62,468 bases of DNA from a virus (lineage: Duplodnaviria; Caudoviricetes), in the IMG/VR virus record IMGVR_UViG_3300006802_000003, positions 1 through 62,468 of that record. One strand, 5' to 3'. The notes under the pieces were generated by a model. The model worked only from the letters and a program-made list of their open reading frames with translations, had not been told where the DNA came from and ran no database searches. Within the stretch, counting starts at the first letter, position 1; each line of letters starts with the position of its first letter. Shown one piece after another: positions 1 to 10,550 of this stretch. Made by a program: the position numbers and the translations under genes.

Positions 1-123
1 GGCAATGGCTCTGGAGGCGGTAGCCCCAATTCCCCAAGCTCTCCAGCACAGCAGGGGCAGCCACCGGCCAATGTCACGCTAGTGCAGCCGTCGATGCCGC
101 CAGCGTCGCCACAGGCTGATCCA
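1..123. repeat. Terminal direct repeat, copy 1 (circular assembly overlap)
   Basis: 1-123 is identical to 62346-62468 and lies inside the portal ORF. Confidence 0.97.
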
Positions 124-423
124 TCGCAGCTAATGAACGCGACGCTGGCGGCTATCACCAACCAGAACCAACAGCTTGCCAGGCAGCAGCAACAATCAAC
201 TCAAGCGGTAATGATGGCGCTGCAAGCCACCATGCAGGGGCTGGATCGCATTCTGCAGCAGATCAATGCACCAAAGCAGACAGAAGTGATCCGAGACGAG
301 AATGGCAAGATCGTCGGCGCAAGACAGGTTACGTCGAGCGTTGAGCCCCAACCGCAAGAAATGTCCATGCAGCAGGAAGCGATGCCCGCAGACCTTCCAG
401 GCCGGTTGCAAGGAATCCTCTAA
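1..423 (+). CDS. Portal protein, C-terminal Q/P-rich part (continues 60189..62468)
   Basis: Frame 1 is open from position 1 and is in frame with ATG 60189 across the repeat; the joined ORF is about 859 aa. Confidence 0.85.
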   Translation, partial: GNGSGGGSPNSPSSPAQQGQPPANVTLVQPSMPPASPQADPSQLMNATLAAITNQNQQLARQQQQSTQAVMMALQATMQGLDRILQQINAPKQTEVIRDENGKIVGARQVTSSVEPQPQEMSMQQEAMPADLPGRLQGIL

Positions 424-443
424 CTCTTTGAAAGGAGACACAA

Positions 444-881
444 ATGGCCACTTATACCAAGTATGAGAGTTTTGTGGAGGCACTGTTGGATGGCGGCGCT
501 GGCTCGATGGACCTGTTCGGCACCGTCGATACCATCAAAGCCGTTATTCACACCGATGCGCCGGTTGTTGCCACTGACAACGATCTGACGGACCTTACGC
601 AGATCACCGGAACCGGCTACACCGCCGGCGGCGACGACATCCAGAACGACTGCACCCGGTCGGGCGGCACGGCTACGCTTACCGGCGTTGACGTGGTTTG
701 GACGGCTGGTGCTGGTGACTGGACGACTACGGCCAGGTATGTGTCGATTCACGACGACACTGCCACTGTTCCGATTGCTGATCCCCTGATTGCCTCGTGG
801 GATTACGGTGCGACCTTCGCGCTCGGCAACGGCGAAACTTTCACGCTCGATTTTGGCGCGAGCGTGTTCACCCTGGCTTAA
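444..881 (+). CDS. Virion structural protein, probably fibre-associated
   Basis: SD AAGGAG; T/G/D-rich beta-type sequence ending WDYG..GETFTLDF; lies in the head module. Confidence 0.7.
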   Translation: MATYTKYESFVEALLDGGAGSMDLFGTVDTIKAVIHTDAPVVATDNDLTDLTQITGTGYTAGGDDIQNDCTRSGGTATLTGVDVVWTAGAGDWTTTARYVSIHDDTATVPIADPLIASWDYGATFALGNGETFTLDFGASVFTLA

Positions 882-895
882 TCGGAGACTGAACT

Positions 896-1276
896 GTGGC
901 CAAGTCACAGAAGCGAACGGTGGAGGCGGAGCGCGTTGCTCCGCCATCGCCACTTAAAATCCGCCCTGAAACGCTCACCATTCCCTACAACGAGAACGGA
1001 AGGCGCATTTGCCCGCCCTATCCAGTGGCGAAGCTGATGAAGAAGGGCGCCGACGGAAAAATGAGGATTCCGTCAAAATACCTGGAGGCGCTGGAGCAAA
1101 ATCAGAAGATTTCCAGTTGCTGCCGACATCCCGAGAATCACACGGTAGAAGGGCTCAAAAGCAAGCCGGAGGAGCCCGCACCGGACATTTACATTTTCCA
1201 TTGCACCTGTGGGCGCCAGCACCGTCGATTCTGCATTGGCGGAGACGATGAGCGGCCAATCTGGATTGTGGGGTAA
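896..1276 (+). CDS. Hypothetical protein with Cys/His cluster
   Basis: GGAG SD and GTG start; CCRHPENH, HCTCG and HRRFC motifs. Confidence 0.7.
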   Translation: MAKSQKRTVEAERVAPPSPLKIRPETLTIPYNENGRRICPPYPVAKLMKKGADGKMRIPSKYLEALEQNQKISSCCRHPENHTVEGLKSKPEEPAPDIYIFHCTCGRQHRRFCIGGDDERPIWIVG

Positions 1277-1295
1277 GCAAGGCGGGGTGAGCTAG

Positions 1296-3269
1296 ATGGC
1301 AGTTGTCTTAATAACGCATGATAAAGCTCATGTTAGCTCACCGTCCGATCCCCATACGTTTGCCAGTCTTTCTCTAGGCGGAACCGCAGACAGAACTGCT
1401 GCTGTTGTCTTTGTTTACCAAAGAGGCGCAACCCTTAACATCCCAACTTCTGTCAAAGTAGAGGACGTTGCATGCACCCGTGTGAACGGGACTCAATATG
1501 CTGGTGGCGCTGAAACCATTCGCATTGATGGCTATTACATCGATCTAACGTCAGAAACGGCAACAAATGGTGATATTGTCGTAGATTGGAATGGCACTCC
1601 CGACTCTGCGGCTGTCGCTATAAGCATCCTGAAATTTTCTGACACCGCCAATGCATCAGGGCCGAATTATACCAACGTCACGTCTAACGTAACAAACGTC
1701 GGCGCGTGGTATGGCTCTGGAATGCCTGATGGTGCAATCGCCATCATCGGCATGTGCAATGCTGATGGCACCGATCCAAATTTTGTTTCGGACGGAACAA
1801 ACTGGACCGCTCATCAAGAGGGTTATGAGGGCACGCAAGGCATTCAGTATGGGTCGGCCTACTACATAAACACCACCGGAAGCACGTTATCCAGTGCTCA
1901 CGCAAATACCAAGCCAGACATAACCAATGATGAATCCCGCATCATGGCTTGGACGGGTATGGGGATTGAAGAGGCTCTTGCCGCCTACACGCTAGACGCC
2001 ACGACTGGTGGCAGCTATTCGCTTTCCGGACAAACGGCAGCCCTGGAAGTGGGTTACGAAGTTGCTGCGGGACCTGGGAGCTACGCGGTTTCGGGAACCG
2101 ATGCATTACTAGAGCAGAGTCGGACATTCACGAACATCGAATGGGGCCTGTACTTCCTGCAGGCGCTTGGCGACAACCTTTACGTTGGACGCGCTGTAAT
2201 CGCAGAGGGTGGCTCCTACGCGGTCGGCGGTACGGCGGCAACACTACAGATCAACCTCACGCTGACTGCAGAAGCGGGCAGCTACGCCGTTACAGGAACC
2301 GATGCTGCCTTAACGATACCAACCGGAGTGGATCTTGTTGCCGATGGCGGAAGCTATTCGGTTGCTGGTACGGATGCGGCCCTTGAGGTCGGTTACGCGG
2401 TTGCTGGTGATGCGGGCTCGTACACCGTCAATGGTTCCGCCGCGACGTTGCAGCATGCCTGGGTGCTTTCTGCGGAGGCGGGAGCCTATTCTGTTTCAGG
2501 GACCGCCGCGACGTTCCTGCTTAACCGGCCTCTTACCGCCGAGGCAGGCTCGTATGCGCTAACAGGTACTGACGCCAATCTTGAAAGGTCGCGCAACTTT
2601 ACCGCCGAGGCAGGCAGTTATGCCGTGTCTGGCACCGATGCACTGCTAGAACAGGGATACGCCGTCACCGCGGAGGCAGGCAGTTATGCCGTTTCAGGGA
2701 CTGACGCGACATTGCAAATCGCGCTCGATGTCCTTGCTGAATCCGGCGCCTACTCGGTTTCGGGAACGGACGCTGCCCTAGAACAAGGCTACCTGGTCGG
2801 CGCCAACGCTGGCTCTTATGCTGTCACAGGGACTGCAGCAACGCCGTATCCATCGACGGTCCTATATCCAAACGCCGACGTGACGGACGGCTCCTGGCTG
2901 AACGAGCTGGGCAACAATACGAATCTGTATGCGTCGATCGATGAAATTGCCGCGAACGATACGGACTACATCGAGTCGCCGGCGCTTTCTTCTGGCAATT
3001 CGGACACCTGCGAGATTGCGCTGACGGCAAGCGGCGATCCGCAGCGTTCGTTTGGTCACAAGTTCGCCTACCGCTACCAGGCGCTAGGCGTGGCCACCAT
3101 GAACCTCACGGTGCGCCTGATCCAAGGAACGACGATCATTGCATCCAATACGCACAACAGCGTTGGCGGCACACTGGTCAATAGCGAACTTACGTTGAGC
3201 GCGGCAGAAGCGGACAGCATCACCGATTATAGTGATCTGCGCCTGCGGTTCACGGCGGAGGCAGCGTAA
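1296..3269 (+). CDS. Repeat-rich fibre/decoration protein (657 aa)
   Basis: About 12 repeats of AEAGSYAVSGTDAxL between globular beta-rich N- and C-terminal domains. Confidence 0.75.
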   Translation: MAVVLITHDKAHVSSPSDPHTFASLSLGGTADRTAAVVFVYQRGATLNIPTSVKVEDVACTRVNGTQYAGGAETIRIDGYYIDLTSETATNGDIVVDWNGTPDSAAVAISILKFSDTANASGPNYTNVTSNVTNVGAWYGSGMPDGAIAIIGMCNADGTDPNFVSDGTNWTAHQEGYEGTQGIQYGSAYYINTTGSTLSSAHANTKPDITNDESRIMAWTGMGIEEALAAYTLDATTGGSYSLSGQTAALEVGYEVAAGPGSYAVSGTDALLEQSRTFTNIEWGLYFLQALGDNLYVGRAVIAEGGSYAVGGTAATLQINLTLTAEAGSYAVTGTDAALTIPTGVDLVADGGSYSVAGTDAALEVGYAVAGDAGSYTVNGSAATLQHAWVLSAEAGAYSVSGTAATFLLNRPLTAEAGSYALTGTDANLERSRNFTAEAGSYAVSGTDALLEQGYAVTAEAGSYAVSGTDATLQIALDVLAESGAYSVSGTDAALEQGYLVGANAGSYAVTGTAATPYPSTVLYPNADVTDGSWLNELGNNTNLYASIDEIAANDTDYIESPALSSGNSDTCEIALTASGDPQRSFGHKFAYRYQALGVATMNLTVRLIQGTTIIASNTHNSVGGTLVNSELTLSAAEADSITDYSDLRLRFTAEAA

Positions 3270-4039
3270 TGGCAGTTACATGGGATAAAGCCACATTCGA
3301 TCAGTTATATCGCACAAAACCGTGGCATGCCGGTATTCGTCGCAATTCTGCGGAGGCGAGACTGCCGCCGTTTTTTCACTACAACTGGTTTGGCGTACAG
3401 AATGGGATGACAAGACAGCTAGACAGGTTCTTGTCTGTACCGGGAGCCGCGCAAATTTCAGACCTGTGCGTTATAGGCGGAGCATGGGGCTGGTTTGCTG
3501 AAATGCTCGAATCGCGCGGCATTAACACAATCAATGTCGATACCTCGACCTACGTCCTAGACAATCAGAACGTGTCAGAAGAGGGCGAGATTCGAGACAT
3601 ACTGACTGCCGGAGGAATGGATTGGGACAATCTTCCAGACTGCTTTGTTGATCCAAACGACTTTTCGCAGACGGTTGATCCTCGGCCATATTGGTTGCAT
3701 CCATCAGGCGGGCGAAGCGGCAAGCCGGTGATTGATGAGGATATGTCCACTAACACATCCCGCAAGAATGTGCGTCAGGCACTTGGCAATAACATGGATG
3801 CGATCTTGACCGAGTTTGTGTTGGACGGCTTCGACGTTGAAGCTGATGCCCTATCGTTTGTTGAGCGATGCGAACAGCTTCGACCAAATCCGAATTGCAA
3901 TGTTTTGCATTTCGTTTTGACAGTGAATGACCACCCACTTTTTCTTCCGTCAACACAAGCGGAGTGGAGGCAAAGACTAGACGCCAACGGATTTACGAAC
4001 CATTGGGTGATTAACCAGCTCGGTCAAGTGGTGACGTAA
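3269..4039 (+). CDS. SAM-dependent methyltransferase-like protein
   Basis: LCVIGGAWGWFAEMLESRGINTINVDTS resembles class I MTase motifs I-II; TAATG overlaps with both neighbours. Confidence 0.5.
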   Translation: MAVTWDKATFDQLYRTKPWHAGIRRNSAEARLPPFFHYNWFGVQNGMTRQLDRFLSVPGAAQISDLCVIGGAWGWFAEMLESRGINTINVDTSTYVLDNQNVSEEGEIRDILTAGGMDWDNLPDCFVDPNDFSQTVDPRPYWLHPSGGRSGKPVIDEDMSTNTSRKNVRQALGNNMDAILTEFVLDGFDVEADALSFVERCEQLRPNPNCNVLHFVLTVNDHPLFLPSTQAEWRQRLDANGFTNHWVINQLGQVVT

Positions 4040-7000
4040 TGGCTCTCCCATACGCAACAGGCTTTCCAACTAACGCTGAAAAGTTTGCCAGCGTTGGACA
4101 GCACATGGCTCGCCTCGGGAGTTTTGAGTACGGTGGAGAAGTCTTTGTCGTCTACGTGACGCTCCTAGATGGAAGCATCTTTACCGCGCGATGCGTTGTT
4201 TCTTACGCATCGGACCCGACCGGAACTTGGACGCAAGTTATTTCAGGAAATATAAATGGAGGCGGCGCAAATTCACCCAACGGTGCGACAATTGGGGCGC
4301 AGGCTCTTTTTGTTGATACCACGAATGGCGTTGTCACCATTTCGATGGAGTGGGGCAGTAGATATGTAGGTCCTAGTATCGGGAATTATTCCGGTAACAA
4401 CCTAATCCAGTTTGATCTTGATACCCACACCTTCATCACTGGAAATGTCCAAGATCCATATCCAAAGCAAAGTTATGGCGCAACAGATGGCGAGTCTGAC
4501 CCGGCTCCGGATTTCTTTGGCCAATCACAACAAGGATGGACCGGGACATCTTGTATTCGTCGCTCTAATGGCGATGTCGTTATGCTGCACACGGCTTTTG
4601 GGCCGTCCAGCATGGGTGGTACATACGACACCATCGACTATGAGTTTTATGACGACTCGACTAACACTTGGACGACGCATGTTACGGTTTTTGATGGGGG
4701 CGCAAAAAGTGACAATTATCTTTCCCCGACAATTATTCAGGGTTCAAGCGATCAATGCCACCTTCTGGCGGTCAACGTTCTTAATGATGACAGGACGGTT
4801 GGCGGCAACGTAGCACTGCGCGCTTTAAGCAGCTCGAACACGCTTAGAACCGAAAGAACCACAAGCGGAACGACCTGCTACAGTATCACGCCGCCTTCTG
4901 GAGAGCCTGTTACTTTTACAAGAAGCTCAACTGAATATGTTGGGGTTGTTGTAGCAACAAGCACAGTTAATCTGTCTCGCCTGTACTACCAGCATTTTAC
5001 AGACGACTCGAGCCCAACATTCAATTTCAATACGATTATCTCTGGCGGCTCTGTTAGCCACCACATGGAGCGCAACAAGTGTGGGGGTTATTGCTTCGAC
5101 CCCGACAATGGCCACCACTACGTTTTCTTTGCCGACCGTTCCGACCATATTTACGGCTACACAGACCAAGGGAACCTATCGACATGGGCAACGCTGAACA
5201 GCGGATCGTCTATCGGAGCGCCATCGACTGATTCTGGAACCAGCCGTGATGCTTATCAATTCACCGCAAACTGCTTCCAAGTCGGAAGCGATATAGTAGT
5301 TGGTTACACATGGAACAATCTTTGGGCCGAAGAAGATGATGATGGTTCGGCAACCATTATTTATTTTGGTGAAGGCGGTAGATATAACGGATTCTTATGG
5401 TCCGTCAGTCCGCAACAAGATCTCGTTACCAATGAAATTGACGGCAATTCAAAAACGTATCCGGCGTATTATGACCAGTGGACAATCCGTAGCCTTGGCG
5501 TAACGCTCGACGCAACGACAGGAGGCAGCTACAGCGTAAGTGGCACGGCGGCCACGCTGCAGATTAACACCACGCTGGCCGCAAACGGTGGTTCGTATGC
5601 AGTCACTGGCACGGACGCAACGCTTACAAAAGCGGCGCCAAAACTTCTCACGGCGGATGCCGGCAGTTACTCGATCAGCGGCACTGATGCGACACTACTT
5701 CACGACCGGACGCTAGATGCGACGGTTGGCGGCTCGTATGCGATCAGTGGCACCGACGCGACGTTGCAGTTCGGCTTCACGCTGGACGCCACGACGCCCG
5801 GCAGTTACGCGGTGTCAGGCACCGATGCCAACCTGGAATGGGGCCACGTTCTCGCTGCAGAGGCGGGCTCCTACGCAGTTTCTGGTACAGACGCCAGCCT
5901 AGAGCAGGGATATGCCGTCACTGCAGAAGCTGGGGCCTATTCGGTAAGCGGTACTGATGCCACTTTCCAAATCGCGCTGACGCTGACTGCCGATCCAGGT
6001 AGCTACACAGTCGCTGGCACGGACGCTTCGCTAGAGCACGGTTATGTGCTCGATGCGACGGTTGGAGGGACATATAGCGTCTCCGGTACGGACGCCACGC
6101 TAACCAAGGCCAAGAAGATTGCAGCCGATGCCGGTTCGTATGCCGTCTCCGGAACAGACGCCAGTCTTGAGCATGGGCGGCTGGTCACGGCTGACGCGGG
6201 CTCATATGCCGTAACCGGCACTGACGCCACGCTCCAGATAGCATTGTCCCTGACTGCGGAGGCTGGGGCTTATGCGGTCACCGGCACTGACGCCACGCTG
6301 CAAATTGCCGTGGATGTCCTTGGCGAAGCGGGTTCGTATGCAATCAGCGGCACCGATGCGGCGCTGGAACAAGGCTATGTCCTGGCTGCCGAGGCTGGGG
6401 CCTACACGGTTTCTGGCACTGACGCAGCCTTGCTGCAGGGCTATGCGGTTACTGCTGAATCTGGTTCGTACAGTGTTTCAGGAACAGAAGCCGCGTTCCT
6501 ATGGGATCGCCTGGTAACGGCGGAGGCGGGTTCCTACGCCGTCACTGGAACCGATGCCACGCTTACCGTTGGGGGTGCTACCGGCTTCACGCTGCCTGCA
6601 GACGCTGGATCTTATGCAGTCACTGGAACTGCGGCGACATTCCAGATTGCGCTTACGATTGCGGGCGACGCCGGTTCCTATGCGGTTACCGGCACTGACG
6701 CCAATTTGGAATGGGGCCATGTTGTTGCGGCAGAAGCTGGAAGTTACGCGGTCACAGGCACCGACGCCACATTCCAGGTCGCACTGGCCGTCACTGCCGA
6801 GGCTGGCGCCTACACGGTGTCAGGCACCGACGCGACGCTGCAGATCAACCTTCCTCTCACTGCCGAGGCTGGTAGTTATGCGATCAGCGGCACTGATGCT
6901 GCTCTTGAGCATGGCCGCGTTGTGGCTGCCGAGGCTGGTAGTTATGTCGTTACGGGTACAGATGCCGCGCTGACGCTGATAAACGCCTTTGCGCTCATTG

Positions 7001-8571
7001 CGGAGACGGGCAGCTACACCGTTACGGGAACGGATGCCAATCTTGAATGGGGCCACATCCTCACTGCGGAGGCAGGCTCTTATGCGGTTAGCGGCACTGC
7101 GGCAAGCCTGTTCCAAGGCTACGCAGTGGCGGGCGATACCGGGTCTTACACGGTCACAGGCACCGACGCCAATCTTGAACATGGTTATGTGCTTGCTGCC
7201 GAGGCCGGTAGTTACTCTGTTACAGGCACGGATGCTACGCTAACAACGGGAGCGGCAACCGGCCAAATAAGGGTCACCTGGGCCGCCTTCTACTTGCCAG
7301 ACACTGCAGGAAACCTGCAACTTGCAGGGGATGCGGGCGCCTATACGATTACCGGCACCGACGCGAGCTTCCTTTACGGCTACGCCACAACGGCAGAGGC
7401 CGGCACCTACGCGGTCACTGGAACCGATGCGAGCCTTGAATACGGCTTTGCGGTCACAGCAGAGGCCGGTTCATACGCCGTAACCGGAACAGATGCGACG
7501 TTCCAAATTGCCTTGGCGGTCGTGGCGGAGTCGGGTGCCTACACCGTTTCCGGCGTCGATGCCAACCTCGAACAAGGATACGTTGTTGCTGCAGAAGCGG
7601 GCAGTTACGCCACATCCGGCACTGACGCGGCATTTAGCAGGGGCTACGCCGTTTTGGCGGAAAGTGGCTCCTACGCTGTCACCGGCACCGACGCCAGCCT
7701 GGAGCAAGGATATACAATCACAGCCGAGGCCGGATCGTATTCCGTCACTGGCACCGATGCGACGTTGTTGCAAGGGCTTGCAGTCACCGCCGAAGCTGGC
7801 AGCTATGCTATATCTGGCGTGGATGCAGCGACATTGCATGGCCGCGTCCTGGCCGCAGGGGCTGGCAGTTATACCATCACCGGCAGCGACGCATTGTTGC
7901 TCAAAACCGGCGCGTATGCGCTGCTGGCGGAAGCGGGCAGTTACGCTATCACCGGCACGGATGCTGCGCTCGAATACGGTTTTGCGGTTGCGGCAGAGGC
8001 TGGCAGCTATGCAGTTGTTGGAACCGACTCCACATTTGTGTGGAATCACGTTCTTGGCGCCGAGGCTGGCAGCTACGCAGTAACGGGTACAGATGCAAAT
8101 CTGACGCTCCTCAATGCCTTCACGCTGACGGCGGATGCCGGGTCTTACGCGGTTGGCGGAACAGATGCGGCGCTGGAGCATGGGTATGTAGTCGCCGCCA
8201 ACAGCGGTTCTTATGCGGTCAGCGGAACGGATGCTGGCCTGGCCATCGGAATTTCAGTGGTTGCCGAGGCCGGATCATATCTGACTGCAGGAACGGATGT
8301 CGCCTTCGTTCGGGCGGTGCGCGTTATCAGCGGCGAAAGCGGCACATACAATATCAGCGGCTCGGAAGCCGAGTTGAAGCTGCCCGTTTACGGTTCTGGT
8401 TACAACAAGCAGCGCAAGCGGCAGCCCAGGCCGTGGGTCATTGACTTCAATCAAGAGGAATACAATCGCCTGGTTGGTCGCCCGAATCCGCCGCGGCCAG
8501 CGACTGACAAGGAGCGTGCGGCGCTCAACGACGACGAAGAAGCCTTGTATTACATCCTTATGGCTAGTTGA
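4039..8571 (+). CDS. Large repeat-rich fibre protein (1510 aa)
   Basis: About 490-aa beta-rich head, then about 42 repeats of 21-24 aa (AEAGSYAVTGTDAxL), then a basic tail ending DDEEALYYILMAS. Confidence 0.8.
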   Translation: MALPYATGFPTNAEKFASVGQHMARLGSFEYGGEVFVVYVTLLDGSIFTARCVVSYASDPTGTWTQVISGNINGGGANSPNGATIGAQALFVDTTNGVVTISMEWGSRYVGPSIGNYSGNNLIQFDLDTHTFITGNVQDPYPKQSYGATDGESDPAPDFFGQSQQGWTGTSCIRRSNGDVVMLHTAFGPSSMGGTYDTIDYEFYDDSTNTWTTHVTVFDGGAKSDNYLSPTIIQGSSDQCHLLAVNVLNDDRTVGGNVALRALSSSNTLRTERTTSGTTCYSITPPSGEPVTFTRSSTEYVGVVVATSTVNLSRLYYQHFTDDSSPTFNFNTIISGGSVSHHMERNKCGGYCFDPDNGHHYVFFADRSDHIYGYTDQGNLSTWATLNSGSSIGAPSTDSGTSRDAYQFTANCFQVGSDIVVGYTWNNLWAEEDDDGSATIIYFGEGGRYNGFLWSVSPQQDLVTNEIDGNSKTYPAYYDQWTIRSLGVTLDATTGGSYSVSGTAATLQINTTLAANGGSYAVTGTDATLTKAAPKLLTADAGSYSISGTDATLLHDRTLDATVGGSYAISGTDATLQFGFTLDATTPGSYAVSGTDANLEWGHVLAAEAGSYAVSGTDASLEQGYAVTAEAGAYSVSGTDATFQIALTLTADPGSYTVAGTDASLEHGYVLDATVGGTYSVSGTDATLTKAKKIAADAGSYAVSGTDASLEHGRLVTADAGSYAVTGTDATLQIALSLTAEAGAYAVTGTDATLQIAVDVLGEAGSYAISGTDAALEQGYVLAAEAGAYTVSGTDAALLQGYAVTAESGSYSVSGTEAAFLWDRLVTAEAGSYAVTGTDATLTVGGATGFTLPADAGSYAVTGTAATFQIALTIAGDAGSYAVTGTDANLEWGHVVAAEAGSYAVTGTDATFQVALAVTAEAGAYTVSGTDATLQINLPLTAEAGSYAISGTDAALEHGRVVAAEAGSYVVTGTDAALTLINAFALIAETGSYTVTGTDANLEWGHILTAEAGSYAVSGTAASLFQGYAVAGDTGSYTVTGTDANLEHGYVLAAEAGSYSVTGTDATLTTGAATGQIRVTWAAFYLPDTAGNLQLAGDAGAYTITGTDASFLYGYATTAEAGTYAVTGTDASLEYGFAVTAEAGSYAVTGTDATFQIALAVVAESGAYTVSGVDANLEQGYVVAAEAGSYATSGTDAAFSRGYAVLAESGSYAVTGTDASLEQGYTITAEAGSYSVTGTDATLLQGLAVTAEAGSYAISGVDAATLHGRVLAAGAGSYTITGSDALLLKTGAYALLAEAGSYAITGTDAALEYGFAVAAEAGSYAVVGTDSTFVWNHVLGAEAGSYAVTGTDANLTLLNAFTLTADAGSYAVGGTDAALEHGYVVAANSGSYAVSGTDAGLAIGISVVAEAGSYLTAGTDVAFVRAVRVISGESGTYNISGSEAELKLPVYGSGYNKQRKRQPRPWVIDFNQEEYNRLVGRPNPPRPATDKERAALNDDEEALYYILMAS

Positions 8572-8581
8572 GGTGTGCAAA

Positions 8582-8935
8582 ATGACAGACCACGAACACG
8601 AGCAAATGGTGGAGGAAAAGATCAAGCGAGAAATTCGCAGCGGTTGGTTCCGAACGCTAGTGACGACTCTTGTTGGCGTTAGTGCGCTTGCCGGCTCAAC
8701 TTACACCGTGGTGGCCAACATCACTGAAATGCGAATTATGGTGGCACAGAACTCGAAGGGGATCACGAACAACCATGAGCGCCTTGAGAAGCTGGAGAGC
8801 AAACAGCTTCCAGACGGGCTGGAGCGCGGACAACTCCAAGCGGCTATAAAGTCCGTCCAAATCACGCTCGACAAGATCGAGCGACGAATGGAGCGATTAG
8901 AAGAGCTCCAAAGAAACATCAAGCCCCGCCAGTGA
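8582..8935 (+). CDS. Membrane protein with coiled coil
   Basis: GAGG SD; one hydrophobic segment followed by heptad-like sequence. Confidence 0.65.
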   Translation: MTDHEHEQMVEEKIKREIRSGWFRTLVTTLVGVSALAGSTYTVVANITEMRIMVAQNSKGITNNHERLEKLESKQLPDGLERGQLQAAIKSVQITLDKIERRMERLEELQRNIKPRQ

Positions 8936-8947
8936 GCGGGGTTTTTT
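8924..8947 (+). terminator. Rho-independent terminator
   Basis: CCCCGC-cagtga-GCGGGG followed by TTTTTT. Confidence 0.7.
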
Positions 8948-8948
8948 A

Positions 8949-9371
8949 ATGCCCACCGGAGACATGGGAATGAGCATGGACGTTGAGGACTACGGCAATC
9001 AGCTCGATGAGAGCTACGGCCTGTCTGACGTACCTAAACTGCAGCACCTTTATCGTTTGGCCGCATCCAGCCGGTTCACGGTTCTGGAAATGCTCAATGA
9101 TGAAAGCCCGTTACGCCTCATCTTGGAGAAGGCCAAGAGCGAGGCAGATGCGGCGCTCGACAAGTTGATCGATGCCGATCTGCACACAGACGCAGGCATC
9201 GCCACCGCGCGCAAGCTACAGGCCACAGTGCATAGACACCTGGACCTGATGCGCTGGGTCGAGGAAATCACCACAGAAGGTGATGAGGCGGCCCAAACAC
9301 TCAAAACCGCGCCTATCGAGGATTTTGAAATCCAAGACGGCGAACCTGGAGACGAGACTTATGCCGACTGA
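8949..9371 (+). CDS. Hypothetical head-assembly protein
   Basis: Acidic helical ORF overlapping the scaffold start. Confidence 0.7.
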   Translation: MPTGDMGMSMDVEDYGNQLDESYGLSDVPKLQHLYRLAASSRFTVLEMLNDESPLRLILEKAKSEADAALDKLIDADLHTDAGIATARKLQATVHRHLDLMRWVEEITTEGDEAAQTLKTAPIEDFEIQDGEPGDETYAD

Positions 9372-10515
9372 AAACCAGAAACCCGCAGACGAACGCCCGG
9401 AGGACGTAAACGATCCCAGCTTGGATGATGGCTACGAAGAGCTTGAAGCTGCCGAAGAGGCTGCCGCCGACAAGGTGGCGCCGGAAAAGGACAAGGAAGA
9501 GGACGAGAAAAAGCCTCTTGAGTATGAAGCCGATCCTCGCGACGAAATCGAGGAAAGCATTTCCGCCAAGAAAAACGACGGCGAACAGCAGGGCGAAGAG
9601 GAAGAAGAGCCCATTGCTGATGAGGCGGAACAGGACGATGAAGAGTTGGAGGCCAACATTGATGGCCAGAAGGTCAAGGTTAAGCCATCCGAGTTGGAGA
9701 AGCGCCTGGCCGAGTACCAGAAACACGAAACAGCAGATAAGCGCCTGCGCGAAGCATCCGAGTTGCTGCGCCAGGCCAAGGAATTGTCAGCGTCTACCAA
9801 ACCGGCGACAGTTGACAACGAAGGAGCCGAAAGCGAGAGCCAAACTCCTACCTCTGAATCAGACGAGAACATCGATGATTTATTGGCGAAGGTTGGTGAA
9901 AAGCTGCAGTACGGCGAAACCAAGGACGTTGTGGAAGCCCTCAAGACCGTGATTGAGCAAGCGAAGGCTCAAGTGCGGCCCCAGGAGCCACAATTGGACG
10001 AGGCGAAGCTGCAGGCAGCAATGCTGGAGGTTCAGGAGCGCCAACGCAGTGACGAGGCGCTTCGAGCGTTCAGTTCTGAAAACGAGGAACTGGGCAAAAA
10101 TGAAAGGCTCCAAGGGGTGTTTCGCGACGAAATTGGCCGCGTTCTGCGGTCAGAAGTTCGCGATGCCTTATCAGCCCAAGGAGCCAGCCAAGATCAACTT
10201 AATCAGGTTGATACCCTCTCCGAAGCACAGATCGTTCAGGCTCACCGCACGATGCGCGTTAATGGCGTCGTGAAAAGTGATACCGCACACGTCTTGCAAA
10301 CGGCGAAGGATAACCTTGTGAAAGCGACTCTTTGGCCAGGCGCTAGTGCCGTCAACCCCGATCGACAGGCACGGAAACAGAGCGCGCAACAGCAACCAGC
10401 CGCCCGATCCCGGCCCAATCCGCCAAATGCTCAACAACAGCGACGTACCGCAGCGCAGACCGTTGCGGACATTGTTGCCGAAGAGCAGGAGGCGCGTGGC
10501 AATCCGGTGATTTAA
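9361..10515 (+). CDS. Capsid scaffolding protein
   Basis: Very acidic; IDGQKVKV motif; lies directly before the major capsid gene. Confidence 0.8.
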   Translation: MPTENQKPADERPEDVNDPSLDDGYEELEAAEEAAADKVAPEKDKEEDEKKPLEYEADPRDEIEESISAKKNDGEQQGEEEEEPIADEAEQDDEELEANIDGQKVKVKPSELEKRLAEYQKHETADKRLREASELLRQAKELSASTKPATVDNEGAESESQTPTSESDENIDDLLAKVGEKLQYGETKDVVEALKTVIEQAKAQVRPQEPQLDEAKLQAAMLEVQERQRSDEALRAFSSENEELGKNERLQGVFRDEIGRVLRSEVRDALSAQGASQDQLNQVDTLSEAQIVQAHRTMRVNGVVKSDTAHVLQTAKDNLVKATLWPGASAVNPDRQARKQSAQQQPAARSRPNPPNAQQQRRTAAQTVADIVAEEQEARGNPVI

Positions 10516-10550
10516 GCGGCCTTTCTCACTCTTGATAAAGGAAAAGACCA

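Noticed and set aside
1-123. Biological terminal repeat
   Set aside because: It falls mid-portal and is best explained as assembler overlap of a circular or permuted genome.
7701-7708. Intragenic GGAGCAAG copies (also ~24799 and ~31135)
   Set aside because: They are not followed by start codons, and a few chance copies are expected.
5500-8380. CRISPR array or DGR template/variable repeats
   Set aside because: The repeats are in-frame protein repeats with synonymous divergence; I recognise no cas or reverse transcriptase gene.
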